The notes under the pieces: generated by a model | Database searches by the model: none | What the model was told of the DNA's origin: nothing | The model's input: only the letters and a program-made list of their open reading frames with translations | In this document: positions 1 through 13,019 of the stretch, piece by piece | How the letters are laid out: each line of letters opens with the position of its first letter | Numbering within the stretch: the first letter of the stretch is position 1 | Position numbers and translations under genes: made by a program | Assembly: GCF_009914755.1 (NCBI RefSeq) | Contig: NC_060943.1 | Origin: the human T2T-CHM13v2.0 reference genome, Homo sapiens | Strand: one strand, 5' to 3' | DNA: 64,000 nucleotides

Positions 1-17
1 AAAAAAAAAAAAAAAAG

Positions 18-1871
<1,854 letters not shown>

Positions 1872-2019
1872 TGATGTAATTCATGTCTAAATTGAATAAC
1901 TCTCTTTTTCTCACTTCTGTAGTATGCTTCCCCCTGCACAGATCTCCCCCTACTCACGAAATGCTTTTAAGGAATCAGACACCCATTGGTCTCTGTGATT
2001 CTTTAAAAATCCCACAACA
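1872..2019 (+). mobile_element. 5' LTR remnant (doubly deleted/rearranged)
   Basis: Matches the 3' LTR at ~12731-12835 and ~12930-12967 and ends aaaaatcccacaaca like the 3' LTR. A degenerate PBS-like sequence (taggaacttgcctgggat) follows. Confidence 0.85.
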
Positions 2020-2882
2020 TTTTCTAGGAACTTGCCTGGGATTGCAGATGACAGATTTACTGTCTCCTTTGCCTGTGGGACTAGAGCCCCAGGGCCAGGG
2101 GAGACCTGGCATCCAAGGTGCACTGTGTGGGAGCTCCACCCAGATGTAAACCAGCTCTTCCCACATCCCAGCATCCTGCCCAGCAGCACAACAGAACTGA
2201 GGATGGGGCTGCAGGATGATACCAGCACTTCAGGAGCTGTGGTAAGGAGCAAGGGCCCAAGGCAGGGAAGCCCGTCCCATAAGGATGAAGGGGAGCTTCA
2301 TCACCTCCTGGGGAATGACCACTAATCCAACCCAGAGTGGTTGGGGGCAGCAGGAGTGGCTTGCCAATTTGGATGAAACTTGTGTCCCCACTAACAAAGT
2401 GAAAGTGGTTCACTGGATCTGGAGACAGGAACTGGAAAAAGGGAGGAAAGGGGCCAATAGAACAGCAAGTGCAGCAAAGTAGAGCTTGCTGGCAAGGTGG
2501 CAAGAATGGCTTGCCACCACAACTGGGAGTGTGTGGGTGCATGTGAACCCACCCAGGACATGAGAGGGGTTCGTTTCATCTGATGAGGAGTCCTGGGGCA
2601 GGGGAGGTGTGTGAAAGAGACTGTCTTTGGAGAGGCCAACATGGGGAGTGATGTGGGGAGGCACAGAACCCTTAGCACGGGCTGTGTGCTCCAAGGTAAG
2701 AGCAGGGGAAATCAGACCCAGGATACTGCATATGGCTGATAGGACCAGTTCCACAGCTGCAGCAGGCTGTGACAGGGGAAGGCATGTTCCTGGCTAAGCA
2801 TTGTCCAAAACTCCTGTAATAGGACCTGATCTGGTGGATCTGAGAGTGAAAGTGAGAGCAAAAGTGTGCCCCAAGGGAGGAA

Positions 2883-4597
2883 ATGGGAGGAAAAGCATCA
2901 AAATTGACTCCTTTGGAATGCATGATAAATAATTTTAAAAAAGGATTTAGAGGTGATTATAGGATTGAACTTGATGCTCAAAAATTAAGGACATACTGTG
3001 AGATAGATAGGCCTACTTTCAAAGTGGGGTGGCCCCCTGAAGGTACAATAGACAGGAAATTAATTGGCTATGTGTTTAAGGTGGTCACTGGAGTTGGAGG
3101 ACAACCAGGATACCCAGGCCAGTTTCCCTATGTAGACTCTTGGCTTAATGTGCCACAAACTCACCCCAAGTGGCTACAGCCCTGCCTATGATATTGCAAG
3201 GCATTAGTGGCTTAGGGCAGCCCAACCAAAGGAAGCAGAGGAACCTAAAGTCCCTAGCATCTCCCAGGAAAAGGAATCCCCAAAGCCTCAGCTGAAACCA
3301 GTTCTTCAGGCCCCACCTGAGGAAATGGGATATCTGCCCCCCATATGTGCCAGTCTACCTGTTTTTGGCAAGAATACACAGGAGGCAGAGTTGGGAGCAT
3401 CTGAAGAGTCGGGCTCGGAGGAAAGTGAGGCTCAGTCTCCCCACCAAGTGGAACAGAAGCCCCCATTAGAAAAAAACAAAGAAGATGGAAAGGGTGATGC
3501 AGCTAGGCACCTCTGCTCTGGCCAACCATGGGCTTTGCAGATGCCACTTTGAGAGACCAGGACACAAGTTTTTGATGACCAGGGGCAGATAGAAGGTGGT
3601 CCTAGGCATTATGTTCATCAGCCTTTCTCCACTACTGATCTCTTAAATTGGAAACAGCACACACCCTCCTATACAGAAAAGCCTCAGGCTCTCATTGATT
3701 TGGTGAATTCTATTATTATGACACATAATCCAACCTGGCCAGATTGTCAACAATTTTTGCTAACTTTATTTCATACAGAGGAGCATAGGAGAGTTAATCA
3801 GGCAGCTCTCAGCTGGTTAGAAAAGGAAGTCCCAGAGGCCACCCCTAACCCATGCCAGTTCGCTGAGGAGCAATACCCAAATGATGACCCTAACTGGGAC
3901 CCAAATGAGGCAAGGGACATTGAACAGCTGCAGCTATATAAAAGGGCACTCCTGAATGGGATAAAAGCAGGAGGAAGGAAAGCAATGAATATGAGTAAAA
4001 TATCAGAAGTGCACTGAAAGCCCAAGTGCATTCAATGAAAGGCTTTGTGAGGTATATAGGCTGTACACTCCAATTATTCCAGAGGCTCCTGAAAACCAAA
4101 ATATGACAAATATGACCTTTGTCAGTCAAGCACAGGGAGACATAAGACAAAAGCTTCAGAGGCTGGAAGGCTTTGCTGGGGAAAATATTAGTGAACTCAT
4201 GGAAATAGCAAACAAAGTATACATAAACTGGGAGGAAGAGGCAGAGAGAAAGGAAGAAAGAACAAACAGAAGTAGGAACAAGGAGACAGCTTAATTTATA
4301 GCTGCTGCACTAGCAGAAAGTAACCCTGGATTTGCTAGAAGGCATGGCCAAGGCAGAGGCTGAGGAAGGAAGCAAACAAGACTGGGAGAAGAAAGCTGGA
4401 CCTGGTTGGACAGGAACCAATGTACAAGGTGCAGGCAAATGGGCCACTGGAAAGATGAGTGCCCTGAATAGGAAAAGGATGGAAATGATGGTCAATGGTC
4501 TAACATCTGAGTGCAGTATTTGGTTGCTAGTCATGGCACCTCAAAGGCAGATCCCGATCTGATCGGCTTAGCAGGGGCCAAGAATTTTGAGGACTGA
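2883..4597 (+). pseudogene. gag: ERV gag (matrix MGGKASKLTPLECMINNFKKGFRGDY..., capsid THNPTWPDCQQFL, nucleocapsid knuckle); disrupted
   Basis: ORFs 2883-3191, 3700-4017 and 4103-4294. CX2CX4HX4C knuckle CTRCRQMGHWKDEC encoded at 4421-4462. Confidence 0.9.
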
Positions 4598-4599
4598 GA

Positions 4600-7500
4600 C
4601 AGACTGGGCTCCATCTTTTTAGGGGAGCCTATGGTCTCTATGGAAGTAGGGGGTGGTTAATGGATTTTTTGGTCAATACTGGTGCTGATTTCTCTGTGGT
4701 AACTCACCCAATTAGCCCCCCCTAAAAATAACTGTGCTACTATCGTAGGGGCTTCCAGGGCCAAAGAAAAGAGACCTTTTTGCAAATCCAGGAGATGTGT
4801 TATTGGAGAACAGGAGGTGCAGCACGACTTTCTATATATGCCAAATTGCCCAGTGCCCTTGTTAGGAAGGGACTTACTCCAGAAGCTGCAGGCACAAATT
4901 TCCTTTACACCTAATAGGAATATGACCCAGAGATAGGGAAGCCAAAGGCAATGGTATTGACTCTAATTGCCCCAAGGGCTGAGGAATGGTGGCTCTAAGA
5001 ACTGTGTACAGGAGGCTGCCAGAGCCAGACCTACACAATATGCAGGTAATACGGGGTAATATGTGGGTAATATGTGGGGGCTGAGGACAACCGCCCTGGA
5101 CTTGCTCTAAACAGACCCCAATGGTAGTAGAGCTTAACCCTCATGCTGCCCCAGTACAAGTCCATCAATGCCCACTACCCTGAGAGGCAATTGATAGAAT
5201 AACAAAGCATCTAAATTGGCTTTATATGCATGAGATTATAGCAAAATGCAAGTCCTCATGGAATACTCCTCTGTTACCTGTGCGCAAACCAAATGGGGAA
5301 TACAGGCCAGTGCAGGATCTCTGGGCAGTAAACAAAGCTGCTGTCACTATTCATGCCATAGTGCCCAACCCATATACAATGCTGGGACAGATTCATGCTG
5401 ATGCCACTTGGTTCATGTGTCTGGACTTAAAAGATGCCTTCTTTTGTTTGAGGCTTGCTCCTCAAAGTCAGCCTGTATTTGCTATCCAGTGGGGGAAATC
5501 ACAATATACCTGGACAAGGCTGCCACAAGGGTTTGAGAATTCTACCATTTTTGAGGAGGCCTTGGCTACAGATCTTGAGGCTTTTTTGCCACCTAGTGAC
5601 AATTGTGTGCTATTATAATACATTGATGACTTGTTATTCACTGCCCCCATGAGGGAGGAATGCTTCCAAGGAACAGAGAGGCTTCTTCACCTGCTACGTG
5701 AAGCTGGCTGTAAAGTGTCCAAAGACAAGGCACAAGTCTGTTTTTGAGAGGTTGGATATCTAGGATTCATGGTATCCCAAGGCCAATGCAGGCTTGGAAG
5801 TGCATGCAAGAAGGCTGTATGTGCATTATCAACCCCAGTTACAAGGCAGCAGGGAATTTCTAGGCATGGCGGGATTCTGCTGAATCTGGATTCCAAACTT
5901 CTCCCTTATAGCAAGGCCCTTATATGAGGCTACCAAAGGTGGGTAAAGAGAGCCCCTCCTATGGGAAAAGGAAAAGGAAAAGGCCTTCAAGGGTATAAAG
6001 GAAGCTCTCATCCAGGCCCCAGCACTAGGATTGCCAGATATAAAAAAGCCCTTCTTTTTGTATGTGGATGAATGAAAGGGAATGGCAGTTGGAGTCTTAA
6101 CTCAGTTGTTGGGCTCTTGGCACTGGCCGGTACCATACTTATCCAAAAGACTGGACTTGGTGGCCTTAGATTGGCCCTACTGCCTCAGGGCATTGGCAGC
6201 TACCACGACCCTTATAGAAGATGCCAACAAGCTAGCCCTAGGTCAGAAGTTAATAATTCAGGTGCCACACACTGTAGTCACCTTAATGGAGCAAAGAGAA
6301 CATCGTTGGCTGTCCAACTCTAGAATGCTGAAGTATCAAGGGCTTCTGTGTGCAAATCCCTAGACAACATTAAGACTGTAAATACCTTGAACGCAGCTAC
6401 CCTGCAGCCTATGGAAGAACCTGATTGGAAGGATGGTGAGTTACCTCACTGCTAGTAGGACCTTCCCCACTGTTGCATAAATACAGTGGGCAAAGTGTTC
6501 TCAAGCCAGGAAGATCTCAGAGATACCCCCTTGGAGAGCCCAGATGTTGAATACTTCACTGATGGTAGCAGTTTCATAACACATGGGGTGTGATATGGAG
6601 GATATGCAGTAGTGACACAACACTTGGTGGTCGAGGCTCAAGCCTTACCTTCTGGGACTTCTACTAGGAAGGCTGAATTAATAACATTAACTAGAGCACT
6701 TTTATTGGCCAAGGGGAAGAAAGTAAATATATATACTTCTCAAAATATGCTTTTGCAACTCTGCACACCCATGGGGTGACATACAAAGAGAGAGGACTTT
6801 AGACTATGAGAAAAAAAGAAATAAAAAATAAAAAGGAAATTCTACAATTATTAGAAGCCTTATGGGCTCCAGAGAAGGTGGCTGCCATTCATTGCAGAGG
6901 ACACCAAACTGGGAAAAGCTATAAGGTTCAGGGCAACAGAAAGGTGGACCCAGAGGCTAGGCAGGCAGCAATGAACAAGGCTTTACCTGTAAAAAGAACT
7001 CTAGCAATGCCTCTCCTTATAGAGCCCCCTTTGCCAGAGGTACCCAATTACTCTTTAAGTGAAAAAGCTTGGTTTAGGCAGGAAACAGGGAAGTATATTA
7101 AAAGTGGATGGTGGCTGTTCTCTGATGGGAGGCTAGCCATCCCAGAGACAATAGCCCCAAGGTTTGTGAAGCAGATCCATCAAGGAACACACATTGGAAG
7201 GATGGCCCTAGAGACTGATAGGTTGACACTTCTATGTGCCACAGCTCTCTGCAACCACCTGTGCTGTTTATGAACAATGTATGTCTATCCTGTGCCCTGA
7301 ATAATCCAAAATAAGAACCCACTCAACCCCCAGGAATTCAGGAAATGGGAGCTGTGCCTTTTGAGAACCTGCTTGTAGACTTTACCGAGTTGCCTCAAGC
7401 AGAATGTTACTGGTATATGCTAGTGTCTGTTTGCACCTTCTCCAGGTGGGTTGAGGCCTTCCCTAACAGAACTGAAAAGGCATGAGAGGTGACAAAGCTG

Positions 7501-7600
7501 CTACTAAAAGACATATAGCAAGGTTTGGATAGCCTTTAACCATAGGATCAGACAATGGTCCTGCATTTGTGGCAGAAGTAGTACAACAGTTGACTCAACA
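4600..7600 (+). pseudogene. pol: ERV pro-pol (protease, RT, RNase H, integrase N-terminal part); disrupted
   Basis: Protease motif reads LVNTGA (DTG with Asp replaced by Asn, ~4670-4690). RT motifs WNTPLLPVRKPNGEYRPVQDL, LDLKDAFF, LPQGFENS and YIDD (~5619). RNase H motifs FTDGSS and HCRGHQ. Integrase SDNGPAF just before 7600. Confidence 0.92.
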
Positions 7601-8169
7601 TTTTTTTTTTGTATTTATTGATCATTCTTGGGTGTTTCTCGGAGAGGGGGATGTGGCAGGGTCATAGGATAATAGTGGAGAGAAGGTCAGCGGATAAACA
7701 CATGAACAAAGGTCTCTGGTTTTCCTAGGCAGAGGTCCCTGCGGCCTTCCGCAGTGTTTGTGTCCCTGGGTACTTGAGATTAGGGAGTGGTGATGACTCT
7801 TAACGAGCATGCTGCCTTCAAGCATCTGTTTAACAAAGTACATCTTGCACCACCCTTAATCCATTTAACCCTGAGTTGACACAACACATGTTTCAGAAAG
7901 CACAGGGTTGGGGGTAAGGTCATAGATTAACAGCATCCCAAGGCAGAAGAATTTTTCTTAGTACAGAACAAAATGGAGTCTCCTATGTCTACTTCTTTCT
8001 ACACAGACACAGTAATAATCTGATCTCTCTTTCTTTTCCCCACACTTCCCCCTTTTCTTTTCAACAAAACCGCCATCGTCATCATGGCCCATTCTCGATG
8101 GTTGCTGTCTCTTCGGAGCTGTTGGGTACACCTGCAGAAAGGCTGTTGCTTCACACTTGGAAGATTGAA

Positions 8170-10095
8170 CAGCGGCCAGGCAGAGGTGCTCCTCACTTCC
8201 CAGATGGGGTGGCGGCCGGGCAGAGGCACTCCTCACATCCCAGATGATGGGCGGCTGGGCAGAGGCGCTCCTCACCTCCCAGACAGGGTGGCCGGGCAGA
8301 GGCGCTCCTCACTTCCCAGACGGGGTGGCCAGGCAGAGGTGCTCCTCACTTCCCAGATGGGGCAGCTGGGCAGAGGCGCTCCACACTTCCCAGACGGGGT
8401 GGCCAGGCAGAGGTGCTCCTCACTTCCCAGACAGGGCAGCCGGGCAGAGGTGCTCCTCACTTTGCAGATGAGGTGGCCAGGCAGAGGCGCTCCTCACTTC
8501 CTAGACAGGGTGGCAGCCAGGCAGAGGTGCTCCTCACATCCCAGACAATGGGCGGCCGGGCAGAGGTGCTCCTCACTTCCCAGACGGGGCGGCCAGGCAG
8601 AGGCACTCCCCACTTCCCAGACAGGGTGGCCGGGCAGAGGCGCTCCTCACTTCCCAGATGGGGTGGCTGCTGGGCAGAGGCGCTCCTCGCCTCTCAGACG
8701 GGGCGGCCAGGCAGAGGCACTCCTCAGTTCCCAGACAGGGCAGCCAGGCAGAGGTACTCCTCACCTCCCAGATGGGGTGGTGGCCAGGCAGAGGCGCTCC
8801 TCACATCCCAGATGGGGCGGCCAGGCAGAGGCACTCCTCACTTCCCAGACAGGGTGGCAGCCGGGCAGAGGCATTCCTCTCATCCCAGACGGGGCAGCAA
8901 CCGGGCAGAGGCACTCCTCACATCCCAGACGGGGCTGCCGGGCAGAGGCGCTCCTCACTTCGCAGATGATGGGCAGCCGGGCAGTGGCGCTCCTCACTTC
9001 CCAGATGATGGGCGGCTGGGCAGAGGTGCTCCTCACTTCCTAGACGGGGCGGCCAAGCAGAGGTGCTCCTCACCTCCCAGATGAAGGGCGGCCGGGGAGA
9101 GGCTCTCCTCACATCCCAGACGATGGGCGGCCGGGCAGAGGCGCTCCTCACCCCCCAGACGGGGTGGCCGGGCAGAGGCGCTCCTCACTTTCCAGACAGG
9201 GTGGCCAGCCAGAGGCGCTCCTCACATCCCAGATGGGGCAGTTGGGCAGAGGCGCTCCTCACTTCCCAGATGATAGGCGGCCGGGCAGAGGTGCTCCTCA
9301 CTTCCCAGACGGGACGGCCGGGCAGAGACGCTCCTCACCTCCCAGACAGGGTGGCCGGGCAGAGGCGCTCCTCACTTCCTAGATGGGGCAGCCAAGCAGA
9401 GGCACTCCTCACCTCCCAGATGAAGGGCAGCCGGGGAGAGGCTCTCCTCACATCCCAGACGATGGGCGGCTGGGCAGAGGTGCTACTCACTTCCCAGACA
9501 GGGCAGCTGCCGGGCAGAGGCGCTCCTCACCTCTCAGACAGGGCGGCCGGGCAGAGGCGCTCCTCAGTACCCAGACAGGGCGGCCAGGCAGAGGCACTCC
9601 TCACCTCCCAGATGGGGTGGCGGCCGGGCAGAGGCGCTCCTCACATCCCAGATGGGGCGGCCGGGCAGAGGCACTCCCCACTTCCCAGATGGGGTGGCGG
9701 CCGGGCAGAGGCACTTCTCACATCCCAGATGGGGCGGCTGGGCAGAGGTGCTCCTCACTTCCCAGATGATGGACGGCTGGGCAGAGGTGCTCCTCACCTC
9801 CCAGACAGGGCGGCCAGGCAGAGGCACTCCTCACTTCCCAGACGGCGTGGCCAGGCAGATGCACTCCTCACTTCCCAGACGGGGTGGCAGCCAGGCAGAG
9901 GTGCTCCTCACTTTGTAGACAGGATGGCCGCTGGGCAGAGATGCTCCTCACCTCCCAGACAGGGTGGCGGCCGGGCAGAGGCACTCCTCACCTCCCAGAC
10001 GGGTTGGCCGGGCAGAGGGGCTCCTCACATCCCAGACGATGGGCGGCCAGGCAGAGACGCTCCTCACTTCCTAGACAGGGTGGCCGCCGGGCAGA
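8170..10095 (-). repeat. SVA VNTR, ~37-42 bp GC-rich units (gggcagaggcgctcctcacttcccagacggg... on the + strand)
   Basis: Direct tandem repetition over ~1.9 kb. Confidence 0.95.
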
Positions 10096-10476
10096 GGCTG
10101 TAATCTTAGCACTTTGGGAGGCCAAGGCAGGTGGCTGGGAGGTGGAGGTTGTAGCGAGCCGAGATCACGCCACTGCACTCCAGCCTGGGCAATATTGAGC
10201 ATTGATTGAGCGAGACTCCGTCTGCAATCCCAGCACCTCGGGAGGCCGAGGCGGGCAGATCACTCGAGCTCAGGAGCTGGAGACCAGCCCAGCCAACACG
10301 GCGAAACCCTATCTCCACCAAAAATACAAAAACCAGTCAGGTGTGGTGGCGCATGCCTGCAATCCCAGGCACTGGGCAGGCCGAGGCAGGAGAATCACGG
10401 GAGCCCGAGGCAGGGAGGTTGCAGCGAGCCGAGATCACGGCAGTACAGTCCAGCCTCAGCAACAGAGGGAGACCAT

Positions 10477-10564
10477 AGAAAGAAAGAAAGAAAGGAAGGA
10501 AGGAAGGAAGGAAGGAAGGAAGGAAGGAAGGAAGGAGGGAAGGAAGAAGAGAGAGAGAGAAAAA

Positions 10565-10628
<64 letters not shown>

Positions 10629-10718
10629 GAAAGAAAGAGAGAGAGAGAGAAAGAAAGAAAGAAAGAAAGGAAGGAAGGAAGGAAGGAAGGAAGGAAGGCA
10701 GGCAGGCAGGCAGGCAGG
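10477..10718 (+). repeat. Compound (GAAA)n/(GGAA)n/(GA)n/(GGCA)n microsatellite at the SVA 5' end
   Basis: Seen directly; it lies inside the SVA TSDs. Confidence 0.95.
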
Positions 10719-11330
10719 TGACTCAACTTTTAAAGATCAAATGGAAACTGCACACAGCTTACTGACCACAGAGTTCAGAGAAGGTGGAATGGATAAACTG
10801 GACACTCAAACAGCTACTAAAATAGTTTTGCCAGGAAACTCACTTATGATGGGATCAGGTCTTGCCCGTGGTCCTCCTCCAGGTCAGGTGTATGCCTAGA
10901 AAACAAACTGGATATTCGCCCTATGAAATATTGTTCAGAAGGCCACCCCCAATCATTAATCCAATTAGAGGGGATTTAAAGGAGTTAGGAGAGCTAACCC
11001 TTAGAAGACAGATTTAGGCTTTGGGAGTGGCAATGCAGGAGGTGCAAGGCTGGGTAAAGGAAAGGATACCTATAAGTCTAACAGACCCAGTGCATCCACA
11101 TAAGCTGGGAGACTCAGTCTGGGTTAAAGGTGGAATCCAACAACCCTGGGGCCCTTATAGGATGGGCCCTATATTGTGATCATGTCTGGTCCCACTGCTG
11201 TTAAAGTTCCAGGTGTCACACCTTGGATTCACCATAGCCGGCTACAGCCAGTGGCAGCAGTAACTCTCAATGACAATCAGTGGATTAGCCAACAAGACCC
11301 AGATTGCCCCACCCGAATGGTCCTATGGTG
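10719..11330 (+). pseudogene. pol: ERV integrase C-terminal part, resuming after the SVA
   Basis: KIKWKLHTAY.PQSS.KVE, SPYEILF and GPY/TAVKVPGVTPWIHHSR integrase motifs. Confidence 0.88.
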
Positions 11331-11504
11331 AAACCCAACTACCAGTAAGAAGGACAACTGCCCTGCTCTGACCACTCTGGAGGCTGGTCAGTCTACACAC
11401 GGCTGAAGCTTGAGGATCCTGCAAGCTCTGCTCTAGTCACATCCAGGAAGCTGACTAGTCTACACATAGCCAAAGCTAAGAGGACCATCTCTGGATAAGT
11501 AAAT

Positions 11505-12440
11505 GTGGATACAATTTATAAGCCTAGTTATAATCCTGTCAATACTGATTGTTCTGTTGTTATGTTATTACTGCAAATGCTTCAAATGTCTATACCCAGA
11601 GGAAGGTTTGCCATGCCCATGTGTAGTGTAAGCATGTTTCTATTACATACACTAATGTTGTTACCATTTCTGCATATACTAAAAGAGGAACTCTTAGGAT
11701 ATCCAGTTTATGATTAAAATAAAAGAATTAGAAGAAGCATAATCACAAAAATAGACACAAATATCAAAAAGGATGTGGTCATAGGAGACTGGAAAGATAA
11801 TGAATGGCCTACTGAAAGAATCATTAAATTCTATGGGATGGCTACCTGGGTGCAAGACGGGTCATGGGGGTACCATACCCCCATCTGTATGCTCAAGCAC
11901 ATCATAAGGTTGCAGGAAGTCCTTGAAATCATAACCAATAAAACATCAAGGGCACTAGATTTATTGGCAATACAAGCAACACAAATGAGGAATGCTATGT
12001 ATCAAAATAGATTGGCTTTAGATTACCTCTTAGCCTTGGAAGGAGGAGTATGTGGAAAATTTAATTTAACCAACTGTTGCCTAGAAATCAATGATAGTGG
12101 CTGAGCTCTCATGGAAATCACAGCTACAATGTGCAAGTTGGCCCATGTTCCAGTTCAGACTTGGTTCAGTTGGTCCCTGGATTCCTTGTTTGGAGGAAGG
12201 TTCTCAGCCTTTCGAGGATTCAAAACCCTCATTAGTGGGTTCTTACTTACTCTTGGCATCTGCCTCATCCTCCCTTGCCTTTTACCCCTGTTTATTAGGA
12301 GCATTCAGTCAACTACGGAGGCAATAGTGGCCTGACACACTATCATGCAGTTGGTGGTATTTACCAGATATCAGCTGCTGCCAATCGAAGAAGAAGCTCA
12401 TCTCCACGAAAAGGTGGCAAATAGTAGTGCTTCCTATTAA
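11505..12440 (+). pseudogene. env: ERV env: leader, most of SU deleted, TM largely retained but with stops
   Basis: KRIRR furin-like site at ~11721, then [15 protein letters not shown], immunosuppressive domain [21 protein letters not shown] and transmembrane segment LLTLGICLILPCLLPL. This is the ERV3/HERV-E-type TM. Confidence 0.9.
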
Positions 12441-12473
12441 CACCTCTGTTATAAAAAGCACCAAAAAGGGGAA

Positions 12474-12967
12474 TGGAACAGGAATTGAAAGAAATTAAAG
12501 TGTGTAAGCAGAAACTCAGTTGTATGTAAGAAAACCTAACTCCTCCTGAGAAAGAGAAAGAGCTGGAGTCCTTTAAAAACTAACTGCCTGTTTTTCTGTG
12601 GCTAGTGAGCTTTATCTCTCCTGCCTTCCAAGGCATTGTGAAGACTTTGTTTTCCTAGCTGTGCAGCTGCTAGGTCACTAGACAGATACACTCAAGTTGC
12701 AAAACATGTTTTTCCTTGAAAAGTAAGAAATGATGTAATGCATGTCTCAATTGAATGATTGTCTTTGTTTCTCACTTCTGTAGTACGCTTCCCCCTGCAC
12801 AGATCTCCCCCAACTCCACCCCCATGAAATGCTTAAAAGGTAACTTAACTCTTTGTTCGGGGCTCAGTCCTTTGGATGTTAATCCGACTGGGCCAGTGCA
12901 CCTAAATAATTATAAATATCCTCCTGAATCCCATCGGTCTCTCTGATTCCTTAAAAATCCCACAACA
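12474..12967 (+). mobile_element. 3' LTR, 494 bp (LTR15/RRHERV-I-like, from memory)
   Basis: Starts tggaacagg immediately after the PPT, ends cccacaaca, and is followed by the TSD TGGG. Confidence 0.85.
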
Positions 12968-13019
12968 TGGGTATATACCCAAAGAAATATAAATTATTCC
13001 ACCATAAAGATATATGCAC

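Larger units (their letters stand above)
7601..10718 (-). mobile_element. Full-length SVA retrotransposon (old, SVA_A-like) inserted in the ERV integrase
   Basis: On the minus strand: simple-repeat head (10477-10718), Alu-like domain (~10096-10476), VNTR (~8170-10095), SINE-R (~7611-8138), AATAAA (7614-7619) and poly(A) (7601-7610). TSD tgactcaac(a/t)ttt at 7591 and 10719, with an L1-EN site tttt/aa at 10728-10733. Confidence 0.95.
1872..12967 (+). mobile_element. Defective class I (gamma-like) endogenous retrovirus of the HERV-E/ERV3/RRHERV-I group: LTR-gag-pro-pol-env(deleted)-LTR
   Basis: TG...CA termini, 4-bp TSD TGGG (1868-1871 and 12968-12971), PPT aaaaaggggaa at 12463-12473, and gag/pol/env peptides recognisable in the ORF track with many stops and frameshifts. 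Confidence 0.93.

Noticed and set aside
8084-10103. Long ORFs of 223-346 aa (AEALLTSQ / GRGAPHFPD repeats)
   Set aside because: Translations of the stop-poor SVA VNTR that appear in several frames; no evidence of a real gene.
10202-10765. K/E/R-rich 187-aa ORF and the reverse F/L/S ORF
   Set aside because: Translations of the SVA Alu-like domain and the microsatellite.
2883-12440. Coding-competent or domesticated ERV gene
   Set aside because: All genes are broken by multiple stops and frameshifts, the protease catalytic Asp is lost, integrase is split by the SVA, and SU is deleted.
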